The notes under the pieces are model-generated. The model was given only the letters and a program-made list of their open reading frames with translations, had not been told where the DNA came from and searched no databases. A program made the position numbers and the translations under genes. A stretch of DNA of 63,484 nt, filler included, from Craspedostauros australis (taxonomy: Eukaryota), in NCBI GenBank assembly GCA_030167865.1. It is 18 parts of 18 records of this genome, joined end to end, with 100 filler letters (N's around TTAATTAATTAA, not from the genome) between each part and the next. Parts side by side here need not be neighbours in the genome. Positions count along the whole stretch, not along the records: positions 32,825 to 34,053 come from JALAGF010000337.1; positions 34,154 to 36,643 come from JALAGF010000338.1; positions 36,744 to 37,772 come from JALAGF010000340.1; positions 37,873 to 43,155 come from JALAGF010000341.1; positions 43,256 to 45,762 come from JALAGF010000342.1; 13 more parts are not named here. One strand, given 5' to 3'. Position 1 is the stretch's first letter. Every line of letters begins with the position of its first letter. Below are positions 32,825 to 43,342 of this stretch, piece after piece.

Positions 32825-33325
32825 GGATGCCGATGGCAGCGGATATGTTGACTTCCTTGAGTTCTGTGCTTTCATGGGTCAGGTGAGTGTGTTTCCTGTT
32901 CTGTGGGGTGGCGTCGCGTGTTTCACTTGGTATGCGTGGGTGGTTTGCGTGGATAGTATGCGCAGCTGCCATGATGGTGCGCGTGCATGGTGTATCTATG
33001 TTGCCAACCATCCATTCATTCATTCATTCCTTCATTCGTCACGCTATCGTACTCGCATCTGACCTGATGTCTTTGTTCCGAAACCATCCATCCCTTTCCG
33101 CTACGATCTTTGGTTGCTTCTTCGACTGCGCAGTGCCATGAGGAATACGACGATGCTCGCGACAATCGCACGTTGATGGCGGAGCGTTTGTCCCGTCGCT
33201 TCTCCATGCGCCTGTCGCAGATCGAGGAAGACGCCGCAGGCCAAGCTGCCGATGCTGCAGCGACAGCCGATCCTGAGAATCCTGGAGGAGAAGAGGAGGA
33301 AGACGATGTGCCAAGTAGTACTTAA
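32825..33325 (+). CDS. 3' end of an EF-hand protein (exons 32825-32882 and 33134-33325), 5' partial
   Basis: Canonical loop DADGSGYVDFLEF. GTGAGT...CGCAG intron. Paralogue at 47411-47901. Confidence 0.8.
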
Positions 33326-33689
33326 TCGTCAGCCGAGGAGCGTGCCATCATGGATCAACTGGAGGTGCTGCCGCTCGCCACTCTGGCAAAGACCAAATTT
33401 GGAGTCGGTGGAGAGGCAACCAGTTGGTTGCAAGGGGTGATGGCAAGATGTCGTGTCATAGCCGCACCTTGGACAAAAGTGCATGCACAGTTGAATGCGT
33501 GCACATTCCGCAATGTGAAGTTCTTGGAATACAATAATGGAATAGACTAGTCAAGTCGAGACATTGATTCTGCACCATTATACTATACTACGTATTATCT
33601 CGTTACTGTACACAGCGAAATCACACGAGTCCTTCAAGAGAGATCAAGTCTTTCAGGACGAGGGCGACGAGCTGTGGAGTGAAGACACT

Positions 33690-34053
33690 GTTTGGGTTGA
33701 GTGACTTCTGTTTCTATGTTATCTTCATTGAGTTGTATCTCATGTTGCTGTCTTCAAGGTCAGCTCTCGGTCATTGCACCTCNNNNNNNNNNNNNNNNNN
33801 NNNNNNNNNNNNNNNNNNNNNTGGCGATGATGTCTTCTGTGTCGACGTCACTCATCACCGTTCCATGGCTCTGTCGATTCCACATTCCATTGATGATGCT
33901 TGAGGTCGTCGAGTGTGTTGTCATGTCAGGTTTAGTTGGGAAGTATATCAGGTTGAATTGGACATCACCTGTTTGCCGGGTGGTGGCCAGACCGAATCTC
34001 TGATGTTCCCTAGTGTGTCCCTTATGCCGAAATTCATGTGTCTGAGTAAAGCA
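33690..34053 (-). mobile_element. Diverged fragment of the dispersed LTR family
   Basis: TTCCATGG..GATTCCACATTCCATTGATGATGC and AGGTTTAGTTGGGA are co-linear with 670-800 and 54050-54170. Boundaries approximate. Confidence 0.55.
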
Positions 34054-34153
34054 NNNNNNNNNNNNNNNNNNNNNNNNNNNNNNNNNNNNNNNNNNNNTTA
34101 ATTAATTAANNNNNNNNNNNNNNNNNNNNNNNNNNNNNNNNNNNNNNNNNNNN

Positions 34154-35075
34154 CCGCAGCACCACGCAACGACGTGTGGGACGCAGGCAGCCGCCGCAGC
34201 GGTTTCATTCCGATTCTTTGACCGTGATGCAGCAGCAGCAACAACAACAGCAGATGATGATGCAATACCAGCAACAACAACAACCACAGCGACACCACCC
34301 ATCCGCCATGATGGGACGTCGTGCGGTGCCTCATCGCGCCCATTCCGATCCGCGTCAGCTTCAGCAGCTGCAGCAACAGTACCACATGCACAACCGCGCC
34401 CATCCTGCAAACCAGATGAGACCCCGTCTGCCACCGCAGCACTTCAGAAACGGTCCCCCGGTCATCAACGATCCGCGTTGCGCGCNGGATTACGGACAGG
34501 TGTACCATGCGAATCTCGACAATGCCATCGGTGAGTACGATGTCTACAACCAATACGCGCACNACAACGGCTCGCAATACTCCTACGAAGATGACGAGCG
34601 AACGCAAGCATCGCGCAGAAGCATGCGCAAGCCAAAGACAGTGCGTCCTTCGGTTCGATTCTCAGTTGTGGAGGTCTTCGAACATCCCACCACGGTCGGC
34701 GTGGAACCCGTCCCCGGCGGACCGGCGCTCACCATGCAATGGAAGGCGTCGGGGCACTGGGTCATGCAGATCGACAACTACCTCGACTACGTCAAGCACG
34801 CTGCCAAGATGCGCAACAGGAGCGGCAAGCCACCGCCGGCGTTGGCCAACAGCACCGCCTCGGACACCATCTACAGCACCTACAATCACAACTACGTCCC
34901 GTTGACGGCAACGGAACGCTACGACAGATTGACCCACAACGGCGTCCCCTTCACCAAGATCCAAAGCTCCATGCTAGAATCGCAGTACACGTACCAGCAA
35001 CGTCTCGAGACCAAGCTCACGGAGTGCATCCTGGATCTCAAGACGCAGAGACAGAACGCGCTCGCCGCAACTTAA
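34154..35075 (+). CDS. Gln-rich protein with C-terminal CSRNP-N-like domain, 5' partial
   Basis: PolyQ region, then SVRFSVVEVFEHPTTVGVEPVPGGPALTMQW...IDNY...PLTATERYDRL..NGV...QQRLET. Same motif order as the 2885 gene. Confidence 0.7.
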
Positions 35076-35570
35076 TGCTACGTCGTTTAGAGCACGCAAC
35101 TCGGCGTCATGATTATTCTTGTTCTGTGATATGATAGTATTGGGTACCATGCTGTTCGTGTCGAGCCATCCCGGCGATGATCGAGATGGAGTTCAATCGT
35201 GGCGCATGCGAACTCTTGGCGGAACGAGTACGATGCCAAAGCCGTCATGGTCGCACACAACACACACGCAGGGACTATCGAATGACTCAACGGACTACAG
35301 AACATCGAGTTCGATCGCACACATTCCTTCTTCGTGTTTCTTTCATTTTGTTTGTGTGTGTCGATGTTGAGAAAGATCTTACGGCAAACCAGGGTGCGAT
35401 CATGGAACAGAGAAACAGAACGTGCGAACAAGACAACGACAACCTTGCTATTCCTTGCAGCAGCTTGGTCTCATACTATCAGCCAGCATCTTCATCATAA
35501 GACCGTGAACACATTGAGCAATCATCCAGCAATTGTTTGTCTACCAACAGCTCAACAACCAACGACCAAC

Positions 35571-36643
35571 ATGCCGAATGTCTCAGACAGACAACTCATT
35601 CGTGCTGCTGTTACAGGTGATCTGTCAGTATTGAAGGAATGGAAGAAGCAGAACGAAGGACGTGATGTCAACACGGTCAAATGCGGCAATGGCTACACTT
35701 CACTTCATTGGGCATGCGTTGGAGGCAGCCTGGAATGTGTGAAGTACCTCATCGAATCAACCAACGCCGATGTCAACTGCAAAGACAAAGGTGGCGACAC
35801 TCCACTTCATGAGGCATGCTATGAAGGCAGCCTGGAGTGTGTCAAGTACCTCATCGAATCAGCCAACGCCGATGTCAACTGCAAGAACAACATTGGCGAC
35901 ACTCCACTTCATCGGGCATGCGTTGGAGGCAGCCTGGAATATGTGAAGTACCTCATCGAATCAACCAACGCCGATGTCAACTGCAAGAACAACATTGGTT
36001 GGACTCCACTTCATTGGGCATGCATCTACGGCCGTTATGAATGCGTCGAGTACCTCATCGAATCAACCAACGCCGATGTCAACTGCAAGAACAACGATGG
36101 CAGCACTCCCCTTCATGTGGCATGCTATAAAGGCCGTTATGAATGCGTCGAGTACCTCATCGAATCAACCAAGGTCAATATCGACATCCAAAACAACGAC
36201 AACAAAACACCCGTCGAACTAATCACAGCGAACAAGCAGGTCAAGATGATGACATCAATCATGAAGCGTCTCGGTCATCTCAGTCGTCGCAACTTGCAAC
36301 TGCAGACACAGCTGCAAACAGAGACGCAGGTGCGCAAGCAAAGCAACACAAACACCATCACAACACCAACCAAGCACAACAATCCTAAAATCCACACAAC
36401 AACCAACATCAGCATCGACCAAGATCGTCGCAGCGCTGTTCGTTCTGAGGCCAAGGCAGACATCACCTTCCTGTGCGGACAAGGCGACGAACAACAGCCA
36501 ATCAAAGCAAACTCCGGAGTCCTCATGGTCACTGTTCCGTCCATTCAGACATTGATCGGCTCGGGAATCCAACATCAGCATGTCGATGACGGCACTGATG
36601 ACGGCACTGATTCTGCCACTGCCCTCACCCGCAGGCTCATCCC
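35571..36643 (+). CDS. Ankyrin-repeat protein with coiled-coil linker and the start of a BTB/POZ domain, 3' partial
   Basis: Five 34-aa GxTPLHxAC repeats (35691-36200) plus caps, then ADITFLCG....IKANSGVL typical of a BTB N-terminus. The ORF runs into the linker. Confidence 0.88.
35691..36200 (+). repeat. Five tandem 102-bp coding repeats with high nucleotide identity
   Basis: Units start at 35691, 35793, 35895, 35997 and 36099. CTTCAT, GCATGC and TACCTCATCGAATCA are invariant. Confidence 0.93.
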
Positions 36644-36827
36644 NNNNNNNNNNNNNNNNNNNNNNNNNNNNNNNNNNNNNNNNNNNNTTAATTAATTAAN
36701 NNNNNNNNNNNNNNNNNNNNNNNNNNNNNNNNNNNNNNNNNNNGACAGATTCATGGACCAGCCACCAATCTCCGACGCACCAATCAAAAGCAACAGGCAG
36801 AACAGAATGTCCGCCCCCAGCGAACTC

Positions 36828-36916
36828 GCATCACACATCACACATCACACATCACACATCACACATCACACACCACACATCACACATCACACATCACACA
36901 CCACACACCACACACC
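36828..36916. repeat. 7-bp microsatellite (CACATCA/CACACCA)n
   Basis: Read directly. Confidence 0.88.
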
Positions 36917-37872
36917 CAACAACTGTACTCTGGCCCATTCACTGCGGATACTTCAATCGTCGCATCTGAGACGATCGGCGCCGACAGCCAACACAATTCC
37001 AAATGGCAGCCAACGAAGAACAGATCGATTGTATTCTACCGTTTTGCGTTCGGCCACCAGGGAAGTAATCATTACACTCTCGATCGTCTCTCACGATGCC
37101 AACACAAATGATGAGAAATTAAGGCTACAATCGATGAGAATAAAAAGAAAAAATCAATAGAGAATGAATGGACAGACGGATTGATGTAGCACTCGTTGCT
37201 CTCTCTCTCTCTCTCTCTTGCACTTGCTCTCTCGTTTTGTTGGCGCCGCGTCACACTCACTCTTTCGCCAGAACAAAAATTCGCAGATGGTTCCACATAC
37301 ATTCTCCAATCACAACCACGTATGCACCAATGAGCGACCGTTGAGCTGTTGCCGCCGATCTCCGCACAAACACATCCCTCATGCTGTTGTGAACGAATAT
37401 GCATGTGTCATTTTGGTTTGTTGTGTATTGTTGTCGCTGTCTGCTGTGCTCTCCTATCTGCAATGTCAGCACAACGCTCAGTGCTCCCCAACATCGAGAT
37501 CATTCAGAATCATCTGTGCCTTCCCCCCACCCACATCGTCCGTCAGCCACCATCGCTATCGCATCATGACCCGTCCACGCGAGGATTCGAGCAGCGACCC
37601 CAATCCATCCCAATCAAAGGTGCAACGTCAAACAGCAACTGCTGGCACATCCATCTATCCCCAACCACCTCATGGGCACTACGCATCGTACCAATACTCT
37701 GCACCTGTCGGACCAAACCACCATGGCAGCGTTCACAGTCCTCCTCTCCCCATGGTTGCGAATCATCATGTCNNNNNNNNNNNNNNNNNNNNNNNNNNNN
37801 NNNNNNNNNNNNNNNNTTAATTAATTAANNNNNNNNNNNNNNNNNNNNNNNNNNNNNNNNNNNNNNNNNNNN

Positions 37873-40800
37873 GGAGATCCTCATGCAGCTTGGGTGGCCC
37901 TCGGACGCGTCTACGAGCAGCGCACTGCGCCTATGAAGGCAAAGTTGCTGGCGGAGATCAACGCGATGCGATTGAAGAAGGGAGAGAATCCGGATCTCTT
38001 CTTGACGGACATGGAGGTCCTTCGCAACCGACTGATCGACCAGGAGGTGATCATCGACGCGGAGCAGTTCAACATGCTCGTACTCAACGCGCTCTGCCGC
38101 GAGTACGAGATGGACGTGAAGCTGCTCGAACTCAAGTTCCACGGAAAGGAACGAGAGATGACTGTGGGCGACATCCGCNAAGCTGTNAGNCTNACCTACG
38201 ACCGCCACCATCTCAAANATGGTTATAAGCGCGCAGGCAACAGCANCAACGAGGAGCTCGCTCTGTTCGGAGCTGGACAGTTCAAGGGAAACTGTCGCAA
38301 CTGCGGTGCCTACGGGCACAAGAAGGCGGACTGTCGTGCGCCAGCCAAGGGAGGCAACAACACAAGGGGCGGTGGGTCCAAGAAGAAGGGCAACCACGCC
38401 AACGCCAAGGGCGGATCCAAGAAAGGCGGATTCGACGGCAAGTGCAACTACTGCGGAAAAGCAGGGCACAAGATCGTCCAATGCTTCAAGCTGAAGGCAG
38501 CAATGAAAGAAGCTGAGAGCGCCAACATGGCGATGGACGGCGACGACGCGATGGACGATATGGCACTCGTCATCGCAGACGGTGATTTCATTGAGATTGA
38601 CGATCTCGACGAGATCGAACTCGAAAGCACAATCGAAGAGGATCTTTTCGAAATCATGGAGACGTTCCCTTCGACGGAAGCAGTCGAATCACCAACCAAC
38701 GAAGGCATCCGCGATCTCATGAACGGTGACTTGCTCGAATCAGACGAGAGCATCGGGGACACCGAAATCGCAATGCCAGGGATCGACGTCAACAATGCGC
38801 CACCTGCGCAAGGTGAAGAAGCAACAGGCGCTCGGATGAGTAACGCCATCGACTACTTCCTACGCGACGAAATCGATCGCATGTGTGAACGGAGCAGGAT
38901 GGACGCATGGTGTCCAATCTGCCTCGCGCGTGGAGCGATGTATTCGTGGTGCACAGGATGCACGGAGTTCGACGTGTTCAAGATTCGAGCACGCTGGGCG
39001 TTCAGAGACATCCCGACAACCACGGAGCCTGAAAGGATTCGCCGTCGAGCAATCCTGAGCAGGTTCAACTGTTTGGAAGATGCAGTCAGGGTTTCCCTAT
39101 CCAACGTATTGGAAGCCAACGATGTGCGTATCAACGACGCGCTCCTCTGTTTCGATGTGAGAAAGAAGTCCATCGAAGACGGAGTCAACTGCATGGGAGC
39201 TCGGGAGCTCTACTACATGCTGACTCAAATCGGCTTCAACGGAGCATTCGACGTGTCATGCAAGATTGTGGTCATCAACGAACTGCTCGAAGAGAAAGGG
39301 CTACCACTACTTCCCAAGCACCTGATCATGAGGATGAGCAAGATGGCCGCATCAAGACTCATGTGGATGCACAACTGGGAGGATACCGAAGTACGCGACG
39401 GGCTGGAATGCCCAGAACTCCCCAAGACAAGACCACTTGTGGGAAGTCCTCAACACCAAGTCGAGATGATGGAGCATTTCAATACAGCAAGATTCGGCCA
39501 CGAAATGGCCATGGTGATCGAGGATCACGAGTCGAATGAGAGCAACCGCGAGCTGGTTGCACCAGACCAACATGAAGCAAACACATGGTTGGGAGATACC
39601 GGCGCATCCTGCCATTTGACTAATAATGATGAGGGCATGACGAATGTGCGCCTCTCTAATTTCTCTGTGAAGGTGGGAAGCGGAAAATTCCTCCGCGCCA
39701 CCAAGGTCGGTGATCTACGCATGCGAGTGATGCAGAAGGACGGCAAGAGTGCCATCATCATCCTGAAGGGAGTGCGCTACGTGCCTAAGCTCTGGGTCAA
39801 TCTGTTGAGCATCGGCAAGGCGCTCCATAACGGATTCAACATCAGCAACAAGGGCGTGATCATCGCGCTAGATAAGAACGGGCAGCGCATCCGATTCGAT
39901 CGGATCATGGCAACTCACAGCGGATTCGTGCTCGGTGTGAACATGGTACCTGCCCCCAAGAACAGAGAAATGGCGAATGTCGGGCTTGACACAAAGAAGC
40001 CCATGGATGTGAATAAGATTCATAAAATGCTAGGCCACGTTGACTCTTACACGATCTCCAGGACGGCAAGACAATATGGATGGAATATCACTGGGACTCT
40101 CAATCCATGCGAGGACTGCGCGATCGGAAAGGCGAAGCAAAAACGCCTGACCAAAACTCTCCAACTACGAGCGAAGAAGGTCGGAGAACGACTCTTCATG
40201 GATACTTCAAGTGTCCAAGCCACGAGTTTCGGGCACGGAAAGTACTGGTTGCTGGTCATCGACGACTACAGCGACTACTGCTGGAGCTACTTCGTTAAAG
40301 AGAAGAGCGAAGTCGGCGCCAAGCTGCTATCATTGTTGAAGTGGCTATCAGGCAATCAACAAGTGACAGTGAAGAATATCAGATGCGACAATGCCGGAGA
40401 AAACTACAGCGCAGAGGCACTACTACTGAAGGCAGGCTTTGCCCCAACCTTCGAATACACCGCCGCATCAACTCCTCAACAGAACGGAAGAGTGGAACGG
40501 AAGTTCGCTGTTCTCTACGGTAAGGTCAGGTCAATGCTGAACCAGGCGCACCTACCGAGACAGCTGCGCGGCAAACTATGGGCAGAGGCAGCAAGGAACG
40601 CAACGCAGATCGAGAACATCATCGAGACGAAGTCGAGAGAACCTGCATGCCTGCTACTCAATGGACAGACCCCAACTTACGCGAAAAGGTTGCGTATCTT
40701 TGGGGAGATCGGAATGGTCTACATCGGCAGTCGCGCAATCAAAGCAAAACTGGATGATAGATCCAAGCCAGCCATGTTCGTCGGATACGGACAGTCTCAT

Positions 40801-43155
40801 GCGAATGGAGTATACCGCATGATGAATCTGGCAACTACGAGAATCCTGATCACCAGAGACGTGACATGGATGAACCAGTCGTATGGGCAATTCAAAGGTG
40901 TTGAGAATGCCAACAGAACGCAATGGGTGGATCTGGAAGACGACGACTTCGATGCCGGAGCAGCCCTCCGCAATACGAAGGTTACTTGGGAGCGTGACAC
41001 GAGTATCGCAAGAGAAGCGAAGGCCGTATCAGCTGATCGAAGCAGAGAGCCCGGAACAGACTACAAAGATAACCAAGGCTACGCATCGAAGCAAGATGAA
41101 CTGCTACCTGCCCAAGAGGACGAACCATCGGACGATGAAGACGACGATGAATTCGGAAGGGACGAGACACGAGTGACTCGAAGACAAGCCGCCGAAGGCA
41201 GAGAGATCGAGCAACCCCCAGCGAGACCTGTGGCAAAGATGCCAAGGATGCTACGGGGTTTGGTCCCGTACAACCATCCGCCAGGATATGAATCCGACTC
41301 AGAATCAAGCAGTGGAGACGATGAACCAGCTGAGGCAGCTGAGACGACCCCTGCAGCTACTGGCGAACGAGACTTCCATTCGAACATATCCATGTTCAAT
41401 CGAGACGTGGCGAGTCTAATGATCGACACCACGGAAGGGAGAATGAGGCTGGATGAGTTCATCGCAGCAAGCCAACGAGTTGAAAGAGGGGATTGGAACG
41501 AGACGTCCGAGCATGCATACACGGCTATTATGCTGGACCCAACCACCTTCGAGGAATGCTGGGATCATGCAGATCCAGCGAAGCGAAGGAAGTGGCGGGA
41601 GGCCATCAATAAGGAGTTCCACGATATGACGAGACGAGGAGTCTGGCTGAAGATCAAGAAGAACAAGATGCCGAGGGATCGGCGATGTGTGAAGACGAAA
41701 TGGGTCTTCAAGGAGAAGAGGAATGGAGTCTTTCGCGCCAGGTTGGTTGCCTGTGGATATTCACAGATCGCTGGAGTGGATTTTTCCGCTCATCATGCAC
41801 CAGTGATCCACGATGCAACGTACCGAGTGATGCTGACTATGAAGATGTTGTTGAAGACAGACAGCATCATCATCGACTTCGAAACCGCCTTCCTGCACGG
41901 AGACCTTGAGGAAGAGATCTACATGCAATGTCCCAAGGGAATGGAGCATGAACCGGACGAATGCCTGCTGCTGAAGAAGACCATCTACGGGTTGGTTCAG
42001 AGCGCAAGGCAATGGAACAAGAAGCTTGTGAACATCCTGATCAAGCTTGGCTTCCGGCAGAGCAAAGTGGACCCATGCCTGCTAATTCGGAATCGGGAAG
42101 GGAATCTCGTCCTCATCGGGACGTACGTCGATGATTGTCTGTGCATCGGAAGCACCCTCGAACTGAAGCGACTGGTGAAGGACATCAAGTGTGAACGATT
42201 CGGAATCAAGATCGAGGATGGACTCGAAGACTACTTGAGTTGCCGGATCGAATTCAACGAGAGCGAAACCAACTGCTGGGTGAACCAGCCACACATCATC
42301 AAGAAAATCACGGATACGTTCAAGAGCGACGTGACGAAGCTTCAACGATACGGAACCCCAGGCACACCAGGCCAAGGGATCCAAAGGAACAGTGAAGCAC
42401 CCAAGGTCGACAAGGATCGACACAGCAGATACCGCAGTGGAGTGGGCACGCTACTATACCTGGTGAAGCATTCGAGACCAGACATCGCGAATGCAGTCCG
42501 AGAACTCACGAAGGTGTTGGATGGACCAACAACCACAGCTTACAAGGAGATGCTAAGAGTGATGAAGTTCGTGTCGGACACGAGAGAATACGGATTGAGG
42601 ATGGAGCCCAAGCCATTGAACAACAACGCTTGGAAGATCGTGGTGTACACCGACAGCGAGTTCGCTGGAGACAAGGACAACCGCATCAGCGTTGGAGGAC
42701 ATCTGGTCCTGCTACAAGGAGTGCCTATCATCTGGAGATCGAAGGCGCAACGCAGCGTGACACTGAGCTCGACCGAGGCCGAGTATGTCGCACTGTCAGA
42801 AGCTGGAAAGGAGATCCGCTTTTTGACTCAACTGATGGAGGACATCGGGTTGAAGATGGAGAAACCTGCAGATGTGATGGTCGACAACGTGGGGGCGATC
42901 TTCATCGCCACCAATCCATCGACATCAGCGAGAACGAGACACATCGATATACGCAACCACTTCATCAGAGAGCTGATTGCTAACAAGGAGGCGAGAGCTC
43001 GATTCGTGAAGTCAGAAGATAACATCTCCGACGGATTCACGAAGAACACTAAGAAGGAGATCTACGATCGACACAAGGGGAGCATCATTCAGCCCAGGTC
43101 AGCATTGGACTGAACATGGTGGATGATATGGTTGGAGCGGCAATGGAAGGGTGTC
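37873..43155 (+). mobile_element. Ty1/copia (CoDi-like) LTR retrotransposon internal region, ending at the PPT and first 4 nt of the 3' LTR
   Basis: Domain order Gag-PR-IN-RT-RH. Purine tract GGAAGGG (43145-43151) is followed by TGTC at the contig end. Confidence 0.95.
37894..43113 (+). CDS. Copia Gag-Pol polyprotein, 1739 aa or more, 5' partial, uninterrupted
   Basis: Two CX2CX4HX4C knuckles (CRNCGAYGHKKADC, CNYCGKAGHKIVQC), protease WLGDTGASCH, HHCC (HKMLGH..CEDC), integrase D..D..E (FMD, RCDNAGE, QNGRVER), RT (RARLVACG, YGLVQS, YVDD), RNase H (YTDSEFA, STEAEY, RHIDIR). Confidence 0.95.
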   Translation: MALGRVYEQRTAPMKAKLLAEINAMRLKKGENPDLFLTDMEVLRNRLIDQEVIIDAEQFNMLVLNALCREYEMDVKLLELKFHGKEREMTVGDIRXAXXXTYDRHHLKXGYKRAGNSXNEELALFGAGQFKGNCRNCGAYGHKKADCRAPAKGGNNTRGGGSKKKGNHANAKGGSKKGGFDGKCNYCGKAGHKIVQCFKLKAAMKEAESANMAMDGDDAMDDMALVIADGDFIEIDDLDEIELESTIEEDLFEIMETFPSTEAVESPTNEGIRDLMNGDLLESDESIGDTEIAMPGIDVNNAPPAQGEEATGARMSNAIDYFLRDEIDRMCERSRMDAWCPICLARGAMYSWCTGCTEFDVFKIRARWAFRDIPTTTEPERIRRRAILSRFNCLEDAVRVSLSNVLEANDVRINDALLCFDVRKKSIEDGVNCMGARELYYMLTQIGFNGAFDVSCKIVVINELLEEKGLPLLPKHLIMRMSKMAASRLMWMHNWEDTEVRDGLECPELPKTRPLVGSPQHQVEMMEHFNTARFGHEMAMVIEDHESNESNRELVAPDQHEANTWLGDTGASCHLTNNDEGMTNVRLSNFSVKVGSGKFLRATKVGDLRMRVMQKDGKSAIIILKGVRYVPKLWVNLLSIGKALHNGFNISNKGVIIALDKNGQRIRFDRIMATHSGFVLGVNMVPAPKNREMANVGLDTKKPMDVNKIHKMLGHVDSYTISRTARQYGWNITGTLNPCEDCAIGKAKQKRLTKTLQLRAKKVGERLFMDTSSVQATSFGHGKYWLLVIDDYSDYCWSYFVKEKSEVGAKLLSLLKWLSGNQQVTVKNIRCDNAGENYSAEALLLKAGFAPTFEYTAASTPQQNGRVERKFAVLYGKVRSMLNQAHLPRQLRGKLWAEAARNATQIENIIETKSREPACLLLNGQTPTYAKRLRIFGEIGMVYIGSRAIKAKLDDRSKPAMFVGYGQSHANGVYRMMNLATTRILITRDVTWMNQSYGQFKGVENANRTQWVDLEDDDFDAGAALRNTKVTWERDTSIAREAKAVSADRSREPGTDYKDNQGYASKQDELLPAQEDEPSDDEDDDEFGRDETRVTRRQAAEGREIEQPPARPVAKMPRMLRGLVPYNHPPGYESDSESSSGDDEPAEAAETTPAATGERDFHSNISMFNRDVASLMIDTTEGRMRLDEFIAASQRVERGDWNETSEHAYTAIMLDPTTFEECWDHADPAKRRKWREAINKEFHDMTRRGVWLKIKKNKMPRDRRCVKTKWVFKEKRNGVFRARLVACGYSQIAGVDFSAHHAPVIHDATYRVMLTMKMLLKTDSIIIDFETAFLHGDLEEEIYMQCPKGMEHEPDECLLLKKTIYGLVQSARQWNKKLVNILIKLGFRQSKVDPCLLIRNREGNLVLIGTYVDDCLCIGSTLELKRLVKDIKCERFGIKIEDGLEDYLSCRIEFNESETNCWVNQPHIIKKITDTFKSDVTKLQRYGTPGTPGQGIQRNSEAPKVDKDRHSRYRSGVGTLLYLVKHSRPDIANAVRELTKVLDGPTTTAYKEMLRVMKFVSDTREYGLRMEPKPLNNNAWKIVVYTDSEFAGDKDNRISVGGHLVLLQGVPIIWRSKAQRSVTLSSTEAEYVALSEAGKEIRFLTQLMEDIGLKMEKPADVMVDNVGAIFIATNPSTSARTRHIDIRNHFIRELIANKEARARFVKSEDNISDGFTKNTKKEIYDRHKGSIIQPRSALD

Positions 43156-43255
43156 NNNNNNNNNNNNNNNNNNNNNNNNNNNNNNNNNNNNNNNNNNNNT
43201 TAATTAATTAANNNNNNNNNNNNNNNNNNNNNNNNNNNNNNNNNNNNNNNNNNNN

Positions 43256-43342
43256 CCGTCCAAGTGCGTATGAGAGAATAGCGGGTGAACGATGCACATA
43301 TACACGTACATCTTGACATATACTCACATGTACATCTCGCCA
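43256..43342 (-). mobile_element. Start of an LTR (TGGCGAGATGTACATG...), reading outward
   Basis: Reverse complement of 45491-45577 with 2 mismatches in 87 bp. Confidence 0.75.

Noticed and set aside
35691..36200. Diversity-generating retroelement as the source of ankyrin variability
   Set aside because: The changes are not confined to adenines, no template repeat is visible, and the only RT is a copia RT on a different contig.
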